A stretch of DNA of 64,000 nucleotides from Acidimicrobiia bacterium (GCA_027494135.1 JAOSJK010000023.1:12558-76557); one strand, 5' to 3'; counted from the stretch's first letter, positions 1 to 9,317 are shown. Notes: generated by a model from the sequence alone, not told the origin. Made by a program: numbers and translations.

Positions 1-443
1 TCGTGCATGCGCCGCACGGCCCACATCGCGAAGAAGCCCGCCGGCAGCAGGAGGCCCTCGATGGAGGGTCGGGAGCCCCGGGAGCGGGCCATGGCCGCCG
101 CGCGCTGGCGCAGCGAGCCGTCCCAGCCCAGTGCCATGGCGACCTCGCAGCGACCTCCGGCGACCGCCAGCACGGCCTCGCGGAACGCGGAGGAACCCGT
201 CGCCGAAGCGTTCTCGACGTGGACGACGGGAACGCCGGTGAGACCGAAGTCCTTCGCGATCGTCACGCCCTCGAGCATCTGTCCGCCCATGTAGCCGTTG
301 TACAGATAGCCGACGTCGCGAAACGGGATTCGCGCGTCTGCGAGGGCGGCCCGGCCAGCGGTGAAAGCCATGTCCCGGTTGCTGGGGCATTCCTTCCGGA
401 AGGGATGCATGCCCACGCCGATCACGTACGCTTCACGATTCAT
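1..443 (-). CDS. thiolase-fold (SCP-x / lipid-transfer-protein type) protein, 5' part only, runs off window
   Basis: Not in the ORF track because there is no stop in the window. Reverse translation from the ATG at 443 gives MNREAYVIGVGMHPFRKECPSNRDMAFTAGRAALADARIPFRDVGYLYNGYMGGQ...VVHVENASATGSSAFREAVLAVAGG. The start overlaps the end of the DUF35 gene by 11 nt. The same thiolase+DUF35 pairing recurs at 38455-40051. Confidence 0.8.
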   Translation of the reverse strand, partial: MNREAYVIGVGMHPFRKECPSNRDMAFTAGRAALADARIPFRDVGYLYNGYMGGQMLEGVTIAKDFGLTGVPVVHVENASATGSSAFREAVLAVAGGRCEVAMALGWDGSLRQRAAAMARSRGSRPSIEGLLLPAGFFAMWAVRRMH

Positions 444-879
444 CGGTCTTCCCCGCAGCGGGCGCGAACGCGACCGTGCACAGCTCGTTGCCGTCTTCGT
501 CCTTCGACACGGTGCGCGGCGCGAAGACCATGCGCATGCCGATCGTCCAGTCCCCCTGCTGACCGTCGATCAGCGCCTGCACCCGCACGCCCTCCGGCAG
601 ATCGATCTGCCCCACGCCGTATCCACCACTCTCTGCCGTCTTCATGCTCCCCATCCAGGGCATCTCGATGAATGTCCAGGAGTAGAGGAGGCCCTCCGGG
701 GAGAGAAGCCGGTCCTCGACCGGCTCCGACGTGATCGGGCACAGCTTGCGCCGCGGCCAGAAGCAGCGATCCGCGGCGGGGCTGTAGGAGCCGAGCAGAC
801 GCGGCGCGTCGTCGGCGGAGTCGGGCATCCGAAAGTAGCCGTCCTCCAACGGGATCCTCTTCTTCCGCATCCGGGTCAT
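433..879 (-). CDS. DUF35-type OB-fold protein (thiolase/aldolase partner)
   Basis: ORF 433..1011 trimmed to the ATG at 879 (MTRMRKKRIPLEDGYF...), which has a GGAGG RBS (cctcc at 881-885 on the + strand). OB-fold-like half: LLYSWTFIE...GYGVGQIDLPEGVRVQALI. It lacks the 4-Cys ribbon present in the paralog at 38455. Confidence 0.75.
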   Translation of the reverse strand: MTRMRKKRIPLEDGYFRMPDSADDAPRLLGSYSPAADRCFWPRRKLCPITSEPVEDRLLSPEGLLYSWTFIEMPWMGSMKTAESGGYGVGQIDLPEGVRVQALIDGQQGDWTIGMRMVFAPRTVSKDEDGNELCTVAFAPAAGKTDES

Positions 880-890
880 CCCTCCTTGCC

Positions 891-904
891 TTTCGGATCG
901 GAAA
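891..904. promoter_or_regulatory. operator candidate TTTCGGATCGGAAA (1 mismatch to palindrome TTTCCGATCGGAAA)
   Basis: Lies in the divergent gap between the DUF35 gene (start 879) and the LLM gene (start 980). TTGCCT (886-891) is -35-like, and TAGCAT (910-915) is -10-like, 5 nt after the palindrome. Confidence 0.6.
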
Positions 905-979
905 CACACTAGCATGATCTGCGACGATCGGATTCGCCCCGGACGCTGGTCCGGCGCCCGGGGTGCGGGGACGCGGCCC

Positions 980-1879
980 ATGAGGATCGGCATCAACGGC
1001 GGAGGCGGCATCCACCGGCTGGAGGAGGCCGTCGAGCAGGCGCGCGGAGCGCAACGCGACGGCTTCGCGAGCTACTGGCTGTCCCAGATCGCGGGAATCG
1101 ATGCCCTGACCGCGCTGGCGGTGATCGGGCGGGAGGTGCCCGAGATCGAGCTGGGGACCGCGGTCGTGCCCACCTACCCGCGACACCCGCTCGTCCTCGC
1201 GATCCAGGCGCTCACCGTGCAGGCGGCGATCGGAGGCCGGCTCGTCCTGGGCATCGGTCCATCTCACAAGCTGCTGGTCGAGGGGATGCTCGGGTATCGC
1301 TTCGATCGTCCCTACAGCCACACGCGCGAGTATCACGCGGCGCTGCGCTCGCTCCTGCGCGGGGAATCGACGGACTTCCAGGGCGACCAGATCACGGCGC
1401 GGGGCAAGGTCGACGTGGTGGCGTCGCCTCCGCCGGTGCTCGTCGCAGGGCTGGGGCCGCGCATGCTGGACCTGGCGGGCAGCGAGGCCGAAGGCACGGT
1501 GACCTGGATGTGCGGCATCAAGACCGTGGCTCAGCACATCGCGCCGCGGATTCGGGCCGCGGCGGATGGCGCCGGACGTCCCGCGCCACGAATCGTGGTG
1601 GGGCTCCCGGTCTGCGTCACGGACGACCCGGCGCGCGCCCGTCAGCTCGCCGCCGGGAAGCTCGCCCTGTACGGGGGGCTTCCCTCCTACCGGGCGATGC
1701 TGGACATCGAGGGCGTCGACGGCCCCGAGGAGATCGCCGTGATCGGGGACGAGGAACAGGTGCGCGACTCCCTCCGCGAGCTCGCTGCCGCCGGCGCCAC
1801 CGACCTCCGCGCCACCGAGCTCTGCCCGACGGACGAAGACGCGGAACGCACGCGCGCTCTGCTGCGGGAGCCCCGGTAG
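980..1879 (+). CDS. luciferase-like (LLM class, F420/flavin-dependent) oxidoreductase
   Basis: ORF 914..1879 trimmed to the ATG at 980 (MRIGINGGGG...), because the ATG at 914 lies inside the predicted -10. LLM-like sequence throughout: ELGTAVVPTYPRHPLVLA, GRLVLGIGPSH. Confidence 0.8.
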   Translation: MRIGINGGGGIHRLEEAVEQARGAQRDGFASYWLSQIAGIDALTALAVIGREVPEIELGTAVVPTYPRHPLVLAIQALTVQAAIGGRLVLGIGPSHKLLVEGMLGYRFDRPYSHTREYHAALRSLLRGESTDFQGDQITARGKVDVVASPPPVLVAGLGPRMLDLAGSEAEGTVTWMCGIKTVAQHIAPRIRAAADGAGRPAPRIVVGLPVCVTDDPARARQLAAGKLALYGGLPSYRAMLDIEGVDGPEEIAVIGDEEQVRDSLRELAAAGATDLRATELCPTDEDAERTRALLREPR

Positions 1880-3165
1880 TGGCGAGCACGAACCGCGACT
1901 ATGCGTGGCTCGTCCAGGAAGACCGGGTCCACGGTGACATCTACCTCGATCCGGAGATCTTCGAGGAGGAGATGGAGCGGATCTTCCAGCGCGGATGGGT
2001 GTACCTCGCCCACGATAGCGAGTTTCCGGACGCCGGCGACTTCCGCACGAGCTGGATTGGTCTGCAACCGGTGATCCTGACCCGGGACGACGACCGGAAG
2101 GTCCATGTCCTCTTGAATCGCTGCACACATCGGGCAGCCACCGTGTGTCACGCCGAGCGGGGAAACGCTCGGGTCTTCCAGTGCGCCTACCACGGCTGGA
2201 GCTTCCGCTACACCGGTGAGCTGGCGGCGGTTCCCTACGCCGACGGCTACGGACCGGACTTCCGGAAGGAGGCCTTCGGGCTGCGACGCCTGCCGCGCGT
2301 CGATTCCTACCGCGGCTTCGTCTTCGGGAGCATCGAGCCGGGCGGCGCCTCCCTGCGGGAGTACCTGGGCGGACCCGTGATGGAGCAGATCGACCTCTTC
2401 TGCGATCTCTCTCCGAGCGGACGCATCGACCTCTCGGCGGGGACCCACCGTTACGGCTACGACGGAAACTGGAAGCTCCAGGTCGAGAACACGATCGACG
2501 GCTACCACCCGAACTTCACCCACCGCGCCTTCTTCCAGGGCATGCAGAAGGCGATGGGCGTGAAGATGGCGCTCTTCGAGGGAAGCTCCGCGGGCCTGAA
2601 TCGCGATCTCGGTGGTGGCCACACGATGCTCGACGGCCGCGAGTTCAGCCGGACGGATGACTTCTCCCTGCGGCGAGTCGAGATGATCAAGCTGATGGCG
2701 AAGCCGTACTACGAGGCCCTGGCGGACCGTCACGGCGAGACGCGTGCCGAGGAGCTGCTGCGGATCGGCGGCACGCACATGAACGTCTTCCCGAACCTGA
2801 TGCTCCTCCAGAACCAGGTCCGCGTCGTGCGCCCGATCCGCGTCGATCGCACGGACATCCACGTCCAGCCTGCCCTGCTCGAAGGCGCCCCAGAAGTGAT
2901 CAACACCATGCGCCTCCGGATGCACGAGCAGTTCTACGGCCCGGCGGGCGGCGGGAACCCGGACGACGGCGAGATGTTCGAGCGGGTCCAGGTGGGCCTC
3001 CGGGCGTCGGTCGACCCCTGGCTCTTCATCGGGCGCGGGCGACACCGCGAGAAGGTCGACGACGACGGCACCCGCTACGGACAGATGACCGACGAGTTAT
3101 CGCAGCGGGGGATCCTCCACGAGTGGCGGCGGCGGATGCTCGCCGAGTACCTGGAGGAGCGATGA
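1879..3165 (+). CDS. Rieske aromatic-ring-hydroxylating oxygenase, alpha subunit (copy 1)
   Basis: GTG at 1879 overlaps the upstream stop (TAGTG) and is in frame with ORF 1510..3165. Rieske motif CTHRAATVCH...CAYHGWSF. Catalytic domain NWKLQVENTIDGYHPNFTH. Confidence 0.9.
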   Translation: MASTNRDYAWLVQEDRVHGDIYLDPEIFEEEMERIFQRGWVYLAHDSEFPDAGDFRTSWIGLQPVILTRDDDRKVHVLLNRCTHRAATVCHAERGNARVFQCAYHGWSFRYTGELAAVPYADGYGPDFRKEAFGLRRLPRVDSYRGFVFGSIEPGGASLREYLGGPVMEQIDLFCDLSPSGRIDLSAGTHRYGYDGNWKLQVENTIDGYHPNFTHRAFFQGMQKAMGVKMALFEGSSAGLNRDLGGGHTMLDGREFSRTDDFSLRRVEMIKLMAKPYYEALADRHGETRAEELLRIGGTHMNVFPNLMLLQNQVRVVRPIRVDRTDIHVQPALLEGAPEVINTMRLRMHEQFYGPAGGGNPDDGEMFERVQVGLRASVDPWLFIGRGRHREKVDDDGTRYGQMTDELSQRGILHEWRRRMLAEYLEER

Positions 3166-3635
3166 GCTTCGATCGAGCCGACGTCGACGAGTTCCTCTAC
3201 CTCGAGGCGCGTCTGCTCGATTCTCGCGCGTACGAGGAGTGGCTGGAACTCTTCGATGAGAAGTCGCTGTATTGGATCCCGTCGAATCGCGACGACGTCG
3301 ATCCGGCGCGCCACGTCTCGATCGTCTACGCCGATCGGAGTCAGCTGGAGCTCCGCATCGAGCAGCTGCTGAGCGGCAGCGCCTGGGTCCAGGATCCCCC
3401 GTCACGGCTCTGTCGCGCGGTCTCGAACATCGAGATCCTGGAGGCGGGGGAGGGCGCACTCGCCGTCGAATCTGTGATCCTGCTCGTCGAGCTTCGACGG
3501 CAGCGCCAGCGGCTCCTCATGGGTCGCGTCCACCACAGGCTGCGTCGGCACGAGGGATCCTTCCGAATCGAGGAGAAGCGCGTCCATCTCATCGATAGCG
3601 ACGAAGTCATCGACAACTTGACATTCCTCGTGTAG
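3162..3635 (+). CDS. ring-hydroxylating oxygenase beta subunit (NTF2/SnoaL-like), copy 1
   Basis: The ATG at 3162 overlaps the alpha stop (ATGA). Sequence MSFDRADVDEFLYLEARLLDSRAYEEWLELFDE...RIEQLL is typical of beta subunits. Confidence 0.85.
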   Translation: MSFDRADVDEFLYLEARLLDSRAYEEWLELFDEKSLYWIPSNRDDVDPARHVSIVYADRSQLELRIEQLLSGSAWVQDPPSRLCRAVSNIEILEAGEGALAVESVILLVELRRQRQRLLMGRVHHRLRRHEGSFRIEEKRVHLIDSDEVIDNLTFLV

Positions 3636-3670
3636 TCACCGCGAGAAGATGGTGGGACGATGGAGTCCGT

Positions 3671-4564
3671 ATGGATGGGATTCGACAACTCGGCTACGCC
3701 GGTCTCGACGTGTCCGATATCGACGCCTGGGAGATCTTCGCGACCGAGGTGCTGGGCATGCAGGCGACGCCCCGCGGCACGGGAGGCGACGCCCCACTTC
3801 ACCTGCGGATGGACGAGTACGAACGGCGGGTCTCGCTGCACCCTGCGCGCCGCGACGACGTGCGGTACCTGGGACTCGAGGTGGCGGGCACAGCCCAGCT
3901 AGCCGCGGTTCGCGCTCGTCTCGAGAGCGCCGGCCGGCCCGCCACGAGCGCGACGGAGAAGGAGGCGGCTGAGCGCTTCGCGGCGGGTCTGGTGAGGACG
4001 GAGGATCCGGATGGACTGCCGATCGAGGTCTATTTCGGCCCCAGGCTTCGGGTCGAAGAGCCCTTTCACTCGCCGAGGCCGATCTCGGGCTTCCGCACCG
4101 GCGACCTGGGGTTGGGGCACGTCGTGCTCTGCGTGGGCGACATCGAACGCAGCGTCGCCTTCTACCGGGATGTGCTCGGGTTCCGGATCAGCGACCTCAT
4201 CAGCTTCGAGCCTGCACCGGGCCTGGAGGTATCGGTCACCTTCCTCCACTGCAATCCCCGCCATCACTCCCTCGCGTTGGTGCAGGCGCCGCTGCCCACC
4301 CGTTTGAACCACTTGATGGTCGAGCTGCACTCACTCGACGACGTGGGCTCGACCTACGACCTGTGCCGGGACCGCGGCATCCCGATCGCGATGGACCTGG
4401 GGCGTCACACGAACGACCGCATGGTGTCCTTCTACGCACAGAGCCCGTCCGGGTTCCAGGTCGAGTACGGATGGGGCGGGCGACTCATCGACGATGCAAA
4501 CTGGCGCGTTCAGACCCACCGCGCCGCCAGCATCTGGGGGCACCGGCTAGGAGGTGAGGCATGA
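3671..4564 (+). CDS. type I extradiol dioxygenase (two-domain VOC; BphC/HsaC-like 2,3-dihydroxybiphenyl-type)
   Basis: 297-aa ORF with LGYAGLDVSD, GLGHVVLCVGDIERSVAFYRDVLGF, FLHCNPRHHSLAL and the overall length of the family. Confidence 0.85.
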   Translation: MDGIRQLGYAGLDVSDIDAWEIFATEVLGMQATPRGTGGDAPLHLRMDEYERRVSLHPARRDDVRYLGLEVAGTAQLAAVRARLESAGRPATSATEKEAAERFAAGLVRTEDPDGLPIEVYFGPRLRVEEPFHSPRPISGFRTGDLGLGHVVLCVGDIERSVAFYRDVLGFRISDLISFEPAPGLEVSVTFLHCNPRHHSLALVQAPLPTRLNHLMVELHSLDDVGSTYDLCRDRGIPIAMDLGRHTNDRMVSFYAQSPSGFQVEYGWGGRLIDDANWRVQTHRAASIWGHRLGGEA

Positions 4565-6381
4565 CCGCGGCAGGCTGGCGCAGGTGTGTCGACGAAGACC
4601 ACCGCGGTGGAACGTTTCGAGTGCACCGACGCACCTTCAGGGACCCGGCCATTCTGGAGCAGGAGCTGCGGGCCATCTTCGATCGATGCTGGATCTACGT
4701 GGGACACGCCTCGGAGGTTCCGGAACCTGGCGACTTCCGGGCACGAGACGTGGCCGGGCGCCCGGTGATCCTCGTGAGAGCCAACGACGGGGAGGTCCGG
4801 GTGCTCCTCAACACCTGCACCCATCGCGGCGCCCTGGTCTGCCGGGAGCGTGCGGGCAACACGCGCAGCTTCCAGTGCCCCTATCACGCCTGGAGCTTCG
4901 ACAACGCGGGTCGGCTGATCGGGACGCCGGGCAAGGAATCCTACAGTGATGCGTTCGAGCGCTCGGACTACGACCTGGGGCAGCCGGCACGCGTCGGGAG
5001 CTACCGGGGCTTCGTGTTCGCGGCCTTCAACCTGGAAGTCCCGACTCTGGAGGAGTACCTCGCCGGCGCCCGAGAGTATCTCGACCTCGTCTGCGATCAG
5101 TCCGGGACAGGCATGGAGATCGTGGGCGGAACGCAGGAGTACTCCATCGAGGCCAACTGGAAGCTCCTCGTCGAGAACAGCGTCGACGGTTACCACGGCG
5201 TCCCGACACACATGCGCTACTTCGGCTATCTGGTGAGCAGCGGTGTGGACCTCACGAAGATGAACCTCGGCGCGGGCGCCGGCTACGACCTCGGCAACGG
5301 TCATGCCGTCATCGAGTACGACGCACCCTGGGGGCGTCCTATCGCCCGATGGGTCGAGGCCTTCGGTGAGGACCTCCGCCCGGCCATCGAAGCGGAAGCC
5401 CGTCGCCTGGAGGAGCGCCACGGCGCGGAACGCGCGACCCGCATGTGCCAGATGAGCCGGAACCTCTTGATCTTTCCGAACCTGATCGTCAACGACATCA
5501 TGGCCATCACGGTTCGCACGTTCCACCCGGTGGAGCCGAGCCGGATGAACGTGTCGGCCTGGACGCTCGCACCCGTGGGCGAGGATCCCGCGCATCGCGC
5601 CATCCGGCTGGAGAACTTCCTCACCTTCCTGGGCCCGGGCGGCTTCGCCACGCCCGACGACGTGGAGATGCTGGAGTCGTGCCAGCGCGGCTTCGCGAAC
5701 GTCGAGGTCCAGTGGTCGGATATCTCGCGTGGCATGAAGAGCGACGTACCGCTGCCCTCGGACGAGGCTCCAGATGCGGGTCTTCTGGCGCCGCTGGCAG
5801 TCCCTGGTGGATTGCGAGGGGGAGTCGCTCCCGGCGGCCGTGCGGGCGGCCGGTTGAGAATGGCTCGCGAGGCCTCGCAACCGGTCAGGGAGCTCACGCC
5901 GGCCACCCCGACGAGATCGGATGTGGAGGAGCTGCTCTACCAGGAGGCGGAGCTGCTCGACGACTGGCAGCTCGAACGATGGCTGGAGCTCCTGACCGAC
6001 GACGTCGTCTACGAGGTGCCGCCCACCGACGCACCAGATGCCGACAGCTCGAGCACGCTCTTCCTCGTGTCGGACGACGCGGCGCGGCTGCGATCGCGCG
6101 TCCAGCAGCTCCTGGCCGGGAACGCCTGGGCCGAAGTGCCGAGATCCCGAACGCGCCGCTTCGTCTCCAACGTGCGCCTGAAGGAGCGTCGCGGCGACGA
6201 GCTGGACGTGACGGCGAACTTCTGCATCCACCGCTTCCGGTCCGGGAAGAGCGACGTCTACGTCGGCCGCTACCAGTACGTGCTCCTGCTCGATCCGCGG
6301 GGAATGCGCATCCGGCGGCGCCGGGCGGTCCTGGATCTCGAGTCGCTGCGTCCTCACGGAAAGGTCAGCATCATCCTCTGA
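4561..6381 (+). CDS. Rieske oxygenase alpha subunit (copy 2, 4561 to about 5857), read through in frame into its beta subunit (5860-6381) as the sequence stands
   Basis: Rieske motif CTHRGALVCR...CPYHAWSF. After ...LPSDE the conserved alpha tail (LQMRVFWRRWQSLV...AAG, stop at 5855-5857) continues in the +1 frame. The ATG at 5860 opens a normal beta subunit (MAREAS...DVEELLYQEAELLDDWQLERWLELL). The start at 4561 overlaps the upstream stop (ATGA). Confidence 0.85.
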   Translation: MTAAGWRRCVDEDHRGGTFRVHRRTFRDPAILEQELRAIFDRCWIYVGHASEVPEPGDFRARDVAGRPVILVRANDGEVRVLLNTCTHRGALVCRERAGNTRSFQCPYHAWSFDNAGRLIGTPGKESYSDAFERSDYDLGQPARVGSYRGFVFAAFNLEVPTLEEYLAGAREYLDLVCDQSGTGMEIVGGTQEYSIEANWKLLVENSVDGYHGVPTHMRYFGYLVSSGVDLTKMNLGAGAGYDLGNGHAVIEYDAPWGRPIARWVEAFGEDLRPAIEAEARRLEERHGAERATRMCQMSRNLLIFPNLIVNDIMAITVRTFHPVEPSRMNVSAWTLAPVGEDPAHRAIRLENFLTFLGPGGFATPDDVEMLESCQRGFANVEVQWSDISRGMKSDVPLPSDEAPDAGLLAPLAVPGGLRGGVAPGGRAGGRLRMAREASQPVRELTPATPTRSDVEELLYQEAELLDDWQLERWLELLTDDVVYEVPPTDAPDADSSSTLFLVSDDAARLRSRVQQLLAGNAWAEVPRSRTRRFVSNVRLKERRGDELDVTANFCIHRFRSGKSDVYVGRYQYVLLLDPRGMRIRRRRAVLDLESLRPHGKVSIIL

Positions 6382-6392
6382 AAGGGGGAACG

Positions 6393-7439
6393 ATGGGTCG
6401 CATCTCCGGAATCGGAACCACGCACGTCCCGTACCTCATGAACGCTCCGGAGAACCTGCTCATTTTCCGGAAGCTCCTCTGCGCGTTCGCGGAGCGCCTG
6501 GAGGGGCGGCCCTTCGTGGAGCCCGCCGAAGCACTCGAGGAGATGGGAGACGATCCGGAGGCCGTGGCTCGCGAACACCATCGGCTCCATTGGGAGGCAT
6601 TCGACGCGCTACGGCGCCACGTCGACGAGGAGAAGCCCGACTGCATCCTCATGATCGGTGACGACCAGGCGCAATGCTTCCAGGAGAACAACCTGCCGCC
6701 GTACGCGATCTACGTGGGTGACGAGGTCGAGGCGACCCCCTTCTACATGTCCCGCTTTCCGGGTGATGCGGAGTACGTGAAGGACACCTGGGGCGTCGCG
6801 GTCGACCACACCTACCATTGGCCCTGCGACGCCGAGCTGGCGATCGCTCTGCGGGACGGGCTCATCGAAGACGGCTTCGACATCGCCTCCTCCAACGACC
6901 TGAACAGCGAGCGCTGGAGCTACGGCCTCGGTCACGCGCACGCCAACACCCAGCTCTTCCTGAGGAACGACGACGGGGGCATCCCCATCGTCCCGCTCTT
7001 CATCAACTGCTACGGATCGGAGCTCGCCATCTTCTCGCAGCTCACGGGCGGAGAGCCTCCGCCCGCTCCGTTCCCGCGCGCGCCGCGCTCCGAACGGCTC
7101 TACGACATGGGGCGCTCGATCCGACGCATCCTGGAGGAGCGGCCGGGGAACGTGATGATCTGTCCGAGCTCGACCTGGTCCCACACCTGGCTCACCAAGC
7201 GGCACGGACGCATGCGCATGGACCTCGAGGGAAACCTCGAGAAGGTGAAGTGGTTCGAGGCCGGAGAGGCGGCGCGGATGCGGGAGTACGACTCGCCGCA
7301 GATCGAGGACAACGGAGATCACGAGCTGCGCAACTGGATCGTCGCTGCGGGCATCATCGGCGATCGTCCCATGGAGCTGGTCTGCCAGCTCGCGTCCTGG
7401 GTCTCGACCGGCTTCCGCGTCTTCGGCATCTGGCGCTGA
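6393..7439 (+). CDS. class III (LigB-family) extradiol ring-cleavage dioxygenase
   Basis: ORF 5445..7439 trimmed to the ATG at 6393, which follows an aaggggga RBS. Motifs: MGRISGIGTTHVPYL, DCILMIGDDQAQCF, GLGHAHANT. Confidence 0.75.
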   Translation: MGRISGIGTTHVPYLMNAPENLLIFRKLLCAFAERLEGRPFVEPAEALEEMGDDPEAVAREHHRLHWEAFDALRRHVDEEKPDCILMIGDDQAQCFQENNLPPYAIYVGDEVEATPFYMSRFPGDAEYVKDTWGVAVDHTYHWPCDAELAIALRDGLIEDGFDIASSNDLNSERWSYGLGHAHANTQLFLRNDDGGIPIVPLFINCYGSELAIFSQLTGGEPPPAPFPRAPRSERLYDMGRSIRRILEERPGNVMICPSSTWSHTWLTKRHGRMRMDLEGNLEKVKWFEAGEAARMREYDSPQIEDNGDHELRNWIVAAGIIGDRPMELVCQLASWVSTGFRVFGIWR

Positions 7440-7447
7440 GTTCTCTC

Positions 7448-8462
7448 GTGTGTGTCATCGACGTGCACAACCACACGGTGACCCCAGCCGTCATCGAGCT
7501 GCTGGAGAAGGATGGCGCCCACTTCGACACCGAACTCGTGGAGCGGAACGGCGCGCGTTTCGCTGTGATCCGGGATTCCGCGATCCGGCCGCTCCACGAT
7601 CGGATGACCCAGGCAGAGCCGAGGGTGGAGGACATGGATCGGCTGGGCGTCGACGTGCAGGCCGTCTCCTGCGTGCCCTTCCTGATGTACCCCGACGTCG
7701 AGGCGGAGTGCGCGGCGGCCATGGCGCGGGTCAACAACGAGTCGCTGGCGGCGTTGAGCGAGACCCACGCCGGGCGCTTCTCGCCGCTCGCCTCGATCCC
7801 GCTCCAGGCACCCGAGGCCGCCGCCCGGGAGCTCGAGCACGCCGCGGGGTTGGGGCTGCGTGGAGTCGAGATCCCCACCGGGGCGCCGGGCCTCGACCTC
7901 GACGACCCCCGCCTGGCGCCGGTCTGGGAGTGTGCGGAGGCGCTCGGCATGACGGTCTGCATCCACCCCCTTCGATGCCACGCCGAACGGTGCCTTCGCG
8001 CGCTTCGCCCTGGGGAGCCTGGCGGGCAACCTCTTCGACACCGGCATGGCGGCGGCCCTCCTCGTGTTCGGCGGGGTCCTGGAGAGGCATCCGAAGCTCC
8101 GGTTCGTCCTCTACCACGGGGGCGGCGCGTTCCCCGCGCTGCTGTCGCGGCTGGACAAGGGACATTCCCTGTTTCCCGCGTGTCGCGAGAAGATCTCGCG
8201 AAGACCATCGGAGTTCGTTCCGCACTTCTCCTTCGACACGGTCGTCTTCGACCGGGAGTGGCTGCGCCACCTGGTGCGCCGCTTCGGGGCCGAACGGGTC
8301 GTCATGGGAAGCGACTACCCCCTTCCGATGGGCGCAGACGACCCGGTGGCCGAGGTCCGGGCGCTCGGGCTTCCCGAGGCGGACGAGCGGGCGATCCTCG
8401 GAGGAAACGCTGCGGCGCTGCTGGGAGTGGACGTCGCGGCCGTGGAGCACACGAACCGATGA
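7448..8462 (+). CDS. amidohydrolase_2 family hydrolase/decarboxylase (LigI/ACMSD-like), frame disrupted at the C5 run 7966-7970
   Basis: The N-terminal part (GTG at 7448, VCVIDVHNHTV...TVCIHP) is in frame 2. The C-terminal part (PFDATPNGAF...GVLERHPKLRFVLYHGGG...GSDYPLP) is in frame 0 (ORF 8046..8462). The switch falls at caccccc. Confidence 0.8.
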
Positions 8463-9265
8463 GGCTCTCCGGCAAGGTTGCGGTCGTCACCGGTACGAGC
8501 CCCAACATCGGCGGTGGTATCGCCGAGGGCCTGGCAGCGGCGGGCGCGAAGGTCGGCTGTCTGGACGTGGACCCGGGCAACGTCGAAGACTGTGCTGCGG
8601 CGATTCGGGAAGCCGGTGGGGAGGCGATCGGCATCCGCTGCGACGTGAGATCCCTCGAGCAGGTGGAGGAGGCGGTCGCCCGGGTGCGACGCGAGCTCGG
8701 GCGCCTCGACGTGCTGGTGAACAACGCGGCGATCTTCAATCAGAAGGGGCTGCTCGACATGAGCCTGGAGGAGTGGGCGAACCAGACCGGGGTGATCCTG
8801 ACGGGAGCCTTCCTGTGCTCGAAGGTCTTCGCGCGGCATCTGGTGGAGCAGGGCGAAGGGGGCGCGATCGTCAACATCGTCTCCACCGCGGGTCACCAGG
8901 GTCAGCCGGGGAACGTGGCCTACTGCACCGCGAAGTCCGGCCTGCTGAACTTCACGCGCTCGGTCGCGATGGAGCTCGCCAGCCATCGCATCCGGGTCAA
9001 CAGCCTGACCCCCACGGCGACCGACCCGCGCGACGCGATGGCGCGCGCGGAGCGCTGGGGACGGCCGGAGACCGATCCCCGGATCCTCGACTTCTTCGAG
9101 GGGTTCCGGCGCGGCGTCCCCATGCAGGAGCTGCCCGATCCGACGGACTACGCGCGGGCGGTCGTCTTCCTGGCTTCCGACGACGCCCGCCACGTCACCG
9201 GCGCCGACCTCTGCGTCGACGCGGGTGCGCTCGCCCGCTACTGGGCGTGGAATCCGTCCGGCTGA
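8459..9265 (+). CDS. short-chain dehydrogenase/reductase
   Basis: The ATG at 8459 overlaps the upstream stop (ATGA). Motifs: GKVAVVTGTSPNIGGG, NNAA, YCTAKSG. Confidence 0.85.
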   Translation: MRLSGKVAVVTGTSPNIGGGIAEGLAAAGAKVGCLDVDPGNVEDCAAAIREAGGEAIGIRCDVRSLEQVEEAVARVRRELGRLDVLVNNAAIFNQKGLLDMSLEEWANQTGVILTGAFLCSKVFARHLVEQGEGGAIVNIVSTAGHQGQPGNVAYCTAKSGLLNFTRSVAMELASHRIRVNSLTPTATDPRDAMARAERWGRPETDPRILDFFEGFRRGVPMQELPDPTDYARAVVFLASDDARHVTGADLCVDAGALARYWAWNPSG

Positions 9266-9303
9266 GTGCCCAGGTCGAAAGCCGTCGGCGCAGTCGCGGG
9301 TGC

Positions 9304-9317
9304 TTTCCGATCCGGTG
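9304..9317. promoter_or_regulatory. degenerate operator copy TTTCCGATCCGGTG (left half perfect)
   Basis: Same geometry as the strong sites: 5 nt downstream is TAGTAT (9323-9328). It lies upstream of the NMO gene start at 9378. A right-half-like GATCGGATA sits at 9329-9337. Confidence 0.35.

Noticed and set aside
914-979. Upstream ATG/TTG starts given by the ORF track for several genes. Examples: 914 for the LLM gene, 19700 for the PdxA-like gene, 46918 for the acyl-CoA synthetase, 31979 for the P450.
   Set aside because: They overlap the predicted -10 hexamers or operators and lack an RBS, while internal starts have GGAGG-type RBSs at proper spacing.
440-2128. Very long ORFs antisense to or out of frame with recognisable genes. 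Examples: 440..2128(-), 1687..3045(-), 4510..6357(-), 9195..11336(-), 57760..60978(-), 58341..61091(+), 26475..28274(+).
   Set aside because: Their translations are Arg/Pro/Gly/Ala-rich low-complexity strings without motifs. They overlap genes with clear family signatures on the other strand or frame. These are the usual shadow ORFs of high-GC DNA.
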